DNA of 64,000 nt. It comes from Candidatus Poribacteria bacterium (GTDB taxonomy: Bacteria; Poribacteria; WGA-4E; PCPOR2b). The position numbers and the translations under genes were made by a program. The notes under the pieces were generated by a model. That model had not been told where the DNA came from, ran no database searches, and worked only from the letters and a program-made list of their open reading frames with translations. Location: contig OZ244587.1 of NCBI GenBank assembly GCA_965218095.1, forward strand, positions 4,000,001 through 4,064,000, in the 5' to 3' direction. Of this stretch, positions 61,412 to 64,000 are shown in pieces (position 1 is the stretch's first letter; every line of letters begins with the position of its first letter).

Positions 61412-63277
61412 ATGAAAACCCGAAAATTGACGATGGGTCAAGCTGTCGTCGAATTTCTCAAAAACCAGTATGTTGAACGCGATGGCGTCGAACATCAGTT
61501 TTTCGCGGGTATGTTCGGCATCTTTGGACACGGTAACGTTGCTGGAGTTGGTCAGGCGTTGCATCAATACGCGGACTCGTTCCGGTTCTATCAGACGCGC
61601 AATGAGCAGGCGATGGTGCATACCGCTGCGGCGTTTGCGAAGATGAGCAACCGCCTACGCACCTTTGCGTGTACCACTTCGATCGGGCCGGGGGCGACCA
61701 ACATGATTACCGCCGCTGCCGGTGCGACAATCAATCGGATACCGGTGCTGCTGCTGCCAGGTGACATTTTCTCGACACGCCTCGTTGCTCCGGTTTTGCA
61801 ACAACTTGAGTCGCCCAGTTCGCAGGATATTTCGGTGAACGATTGCTTCAAGCCGATTTCGCGCTACTGGGATCGGATCAACCGCCCTGAACAGATCATC
61901 ACCGCGCTGCCAGAGGCGATGCGCGTGTTGACCTCACCGGCGGAAACCGGCACCGTTACGTTGGCGTTGCCGCAGGACGTGCAAGCCGAAGCCTTTGATT
62001 ATCCGTCCGCGCTATTTGAGAAGCGTGTCCACACGATTCCACGCCCACGTGCCGACATGGATGTGCTGAAAAAAGCCGCTGAATGGATTCGTGCCAGCAA
62101 ACGACCGCTCATCATCGCAGGCGGCGGCGTCAAATACAGCGAGGCAACCGATCAACTTGCGCACTTCGCCGAGCAGACCGGCATCCCTGTCGCCGAAACA
62201 TTTGCAGGCAAAGGATCGCTGCGTTATGACCATCCACAATGCCTAGGCGGGATGGGGGTCTCCGGCACACTCAGCGCGAATATCATCGCTCACGATGCAG
62301 ACCTTGTCATTGTGGTCGGTTCCCGCTTGAGCGATTTCACAACCGCTTCAAAGACAGCGTTCCAGCATCCGGACGCCCGCTTCGTCAACATCAACGTCGC
62401 GGAGTTTGACGCCGCCAAGCACACGGCACTGCGGCTTGTCGCAGATGCACGCGTCACGCTTGAGGAACTTGGGGAAGCGGTGCAAGGCTATCATGTTGAT
62501 GGAGACTATAGCGCGCAGATCGTCAGGTTGCGTGAGGAATGGGCAACTGAAGTGGATCGAATCTATCACCTCGGTCACGGCCCAATTCCCAGCCAAGGGG
62601 AAGTTATCGGGTTGGTGAACGAGTTCTCCAACCCGGCGGATGTTCTTGTCTGTGCGGCAGGCAGTATGCCTGGCGACCTTCAGAAGCTCTGGCGAACCCG
62701 CGACCCCAAAGGGTATGACCTGGAATTTGGCTACTCGTGCATGGGCTACGAAGTCGCGGGTGGGTTGGGCGTCAAGATGGCAACCCCAAGCCGCGAAGTC
62801 TACGTGCTGGTCGGCGATGGCTCTTACCTGCTGATGGGACAGGAGATTATGACTTCGGTTCAGGAAGGGTATAAGCTCATTATCGTCCTGGTCAATAACT
62901 ACGGCCACAGCAGCATCGGCGGGCTGTCTGAGGCGACAGGCACCCAGACTTTTGGCACAAAATTCTGCTACCGCAATGACGTAACAGGACAACTTGATGG
63001 AGATGTGCTACCTGTCGATCTGTTTGCCAATGCTGCGAGTCTCGGTGCACACGTCATTGAGGCGGACTCGGTAACGAGTCTAAAGGCCGCACTCGGGGAG
63101 GCGAAGGAACAAGATCGCACGACGGTTATCAAGATTGATGTCGATTTCGATCAGCGCGTCCCCGGCTACGAGTCGTGGTGGGATATGCCCATTGCCCAGG
63201 TCTCTGAGGTAGATACCGTGCAGCAGACTTACAAAGAGTATGAGGTTGCAAAGCGGAAGGAGCGTTATTTTCTGTAG
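61412..63277 (+). CDS. iolD: 3D-(3,5/4)-trihydroxycyclohexane-1,2-dione acylhydrolase
   Basis: GIFGHGNVAG, RNEQAM, TSIGPGATN, GYSCMGYE, GDGSYL, SWWD; AAGGAG RBS before the ATG at 61412. Confidence 0.95.
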   Translation: MKTRKLTMGQAVVEFLKNQYVERDGVEHQFFAGMFGIFGHGNVAGVGQALHQYADSFRFYQTRNEQAMVHTAAAFAKMSNRLRTFACTTSIGPGATNMITAAAGATINRIPVLLLPGDIFSTRLVAPVLQQLESPSSQDISVNDCFKPISRYWDRINRPEQIITALPEAMRVLTSPAETGTVTLALPQDVQAEAFDYPSALFEKRVHTIPRPRADMDVLKKAAEWIRASKRPLIIAGGGVKYSEATDQLAHFAEQTGIPVAETFAGKGSLRYDHPQCLGGMGVSGTLSANIIAHDADLVIVVGSRLSDFTTASKTAFQHPDARFVNINVAEFDAAKHTALRLVADARVTLEELGEAVQGYHVDGDYSAQIVRLREEWATEVDRIYHLGHGPIPSQGEVIGLVNEFSNPADVLVCAAGSMPGDLQKLWRTRDPKGYDLEFGYSCMGYEVAGGLGVKMATPSREVYVLVGDGSYLLMGQEIMTSVQEGYKLIIVLVNNYGHSSIGGLSEATGTQTFGTKFCYRNDVTGQLDGDVLPVDLFANAASLGAHVIEADSVTSLKAALGEAKEQDRTTVIKIDVDFDQRVPGYESWWDMPIAQVSEVDTVQQTYKEYEVAKRKERYFL

Positions 63278-63438
63278 GCTTTCGCCTGTGCAAAACCGAC
63301 TGAAAGACATAGACACAGTGGCGTGGTGCGTAAACCGTAAGACATAACCATAATTTGAAAGCTCACTCGCCTGGGAGTGAAACGCCCCCAGGGGAGACAA
63401 ATATTCTTCTCGGCAATACGCTAATGTTGCCTTTGGGT

Positions 63439-63789
63439 CTATGTCGGATCGAACGTTGGCACGGTGCGTGGTGTGTCATGGGCGGTGTCGCCATCTACAG
63501 CTTCATCTATCCTCTGGATAAGTTGACGGATTGAATTGGTAAATCGCTTTTGCTTTTCGCACATTTGCGCTGCAATGTTTAGCGCAACCATGATCGCGAC
63601 ATCAGACTTATCGTGTGCGCTTTTTCGACTTACTTCATGCAACCGTCGATCTACATAAGCGGCTAACTCGCGAATTTCATCTTCCGTCAAATTCTCAGTC
63701 GGTTTAACGAAATATTGCGAATTAAAGATATTGACCTTAATCGGCGAGGACGGTAGAGATGCTGAAGGAATAGAATTTGGAGTTTTCAT
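63439..63789 (-). CDS. zapA: cell division protein ZapA
   Basis: VNIFNSQY, LAAYVDRR, AIMVALNIA. Confidence 0.8.
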   Translation of the reverse strand: MKTPNSIPSASLPSSPIKVNIFNSQYFVKPTENLTEDEIRELAAYVDRRLHEVSRKSAHDKSDVAIMVALNIAAQMCEKQKRFTNSIRQLIQRIDEAVDGDTAHDTPRTVPTFDPT

Positions 63790-63810
63790 AGTCACCTTGC
63801 GAGAATGATA

Positions 63811-64000
63811 TTAAAAGGTATTGTACGTCTGCTTCAATGCTTGTTGAAGTGCTTGCCGCATCGTCTCAACAGGCGGATGAAGGTGTGTCCATTCCTCAAA
63901 CGCAATTGCTCCCTGATGAACAAGCATGCCCAAACCACCGATTGTGTGACATCCCCTTTCAGCCGCAGCTTGCAGCAGACGGGTTTCCGGTGGTGTATAG
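63811..64000 (-). CDS. aroE: shikimate dehydrogenase, C-terminal part (runs off window)
   Basis: YTPPETRLLQAA.ERGC.TIGGLGMLVHQGAIAFEEWT. Confidence 0.85.
   Translation of the reverse strand, partial: YTPPETRLLQAAAERGCHTIGGLGMLVHQGAIAFEEWTHLHPPVETMRQALQQALKQTYNTF

Noticed and set aside
63280-63438. 6S RNA downstream of zapA
   Set aside because: Position fits a common arrangement, but I see only a local CCTGGG...CCCAGG hairpin and not the long rod with central bubble; an Rfam 6S search would decide

Overview
Chromosomal window from a bacterium that is most likely Candidatus Poribacteria or a relative. This is an inference from the gene mix: PhyH dioxygenases, sugar-phosphate isomerases, a sulfatase remnant, iol genes and a WD40-cohesin-dockerin-FlgD-like secreted protein. 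Intact housekeeping blocks are dppABC, an extended SUF operon, moaA, map, an aminotransferase, PTPS-folE-SDR, two CNNM/CorC genes, eda, iolC/iolD, zapA and partial aroE. Between them lie many decaying genes, three IS5-family copies, MITEs and several REP-like repeat families. Most notable: (1) a probable tetrahydrobiopterin operon (CX5HGH-type PTPS, FolE, sepiapterin-reductase-like SDR); (2) an intergenic palindromic repeat inserted in frame into that PTPS; (3) an integron-type toxin-antitoxin cassette with a canonical attC and further attC halves but no integrase in the window; (4) a 14-blade WD40 protein whose near-identical DNA repeats vary mainly at predicted binding-face codons, inserted between iolC and iolD. 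No rRNA, tRNA or CRISPR array was seen. All family assignments are from motif reading, not database searches.
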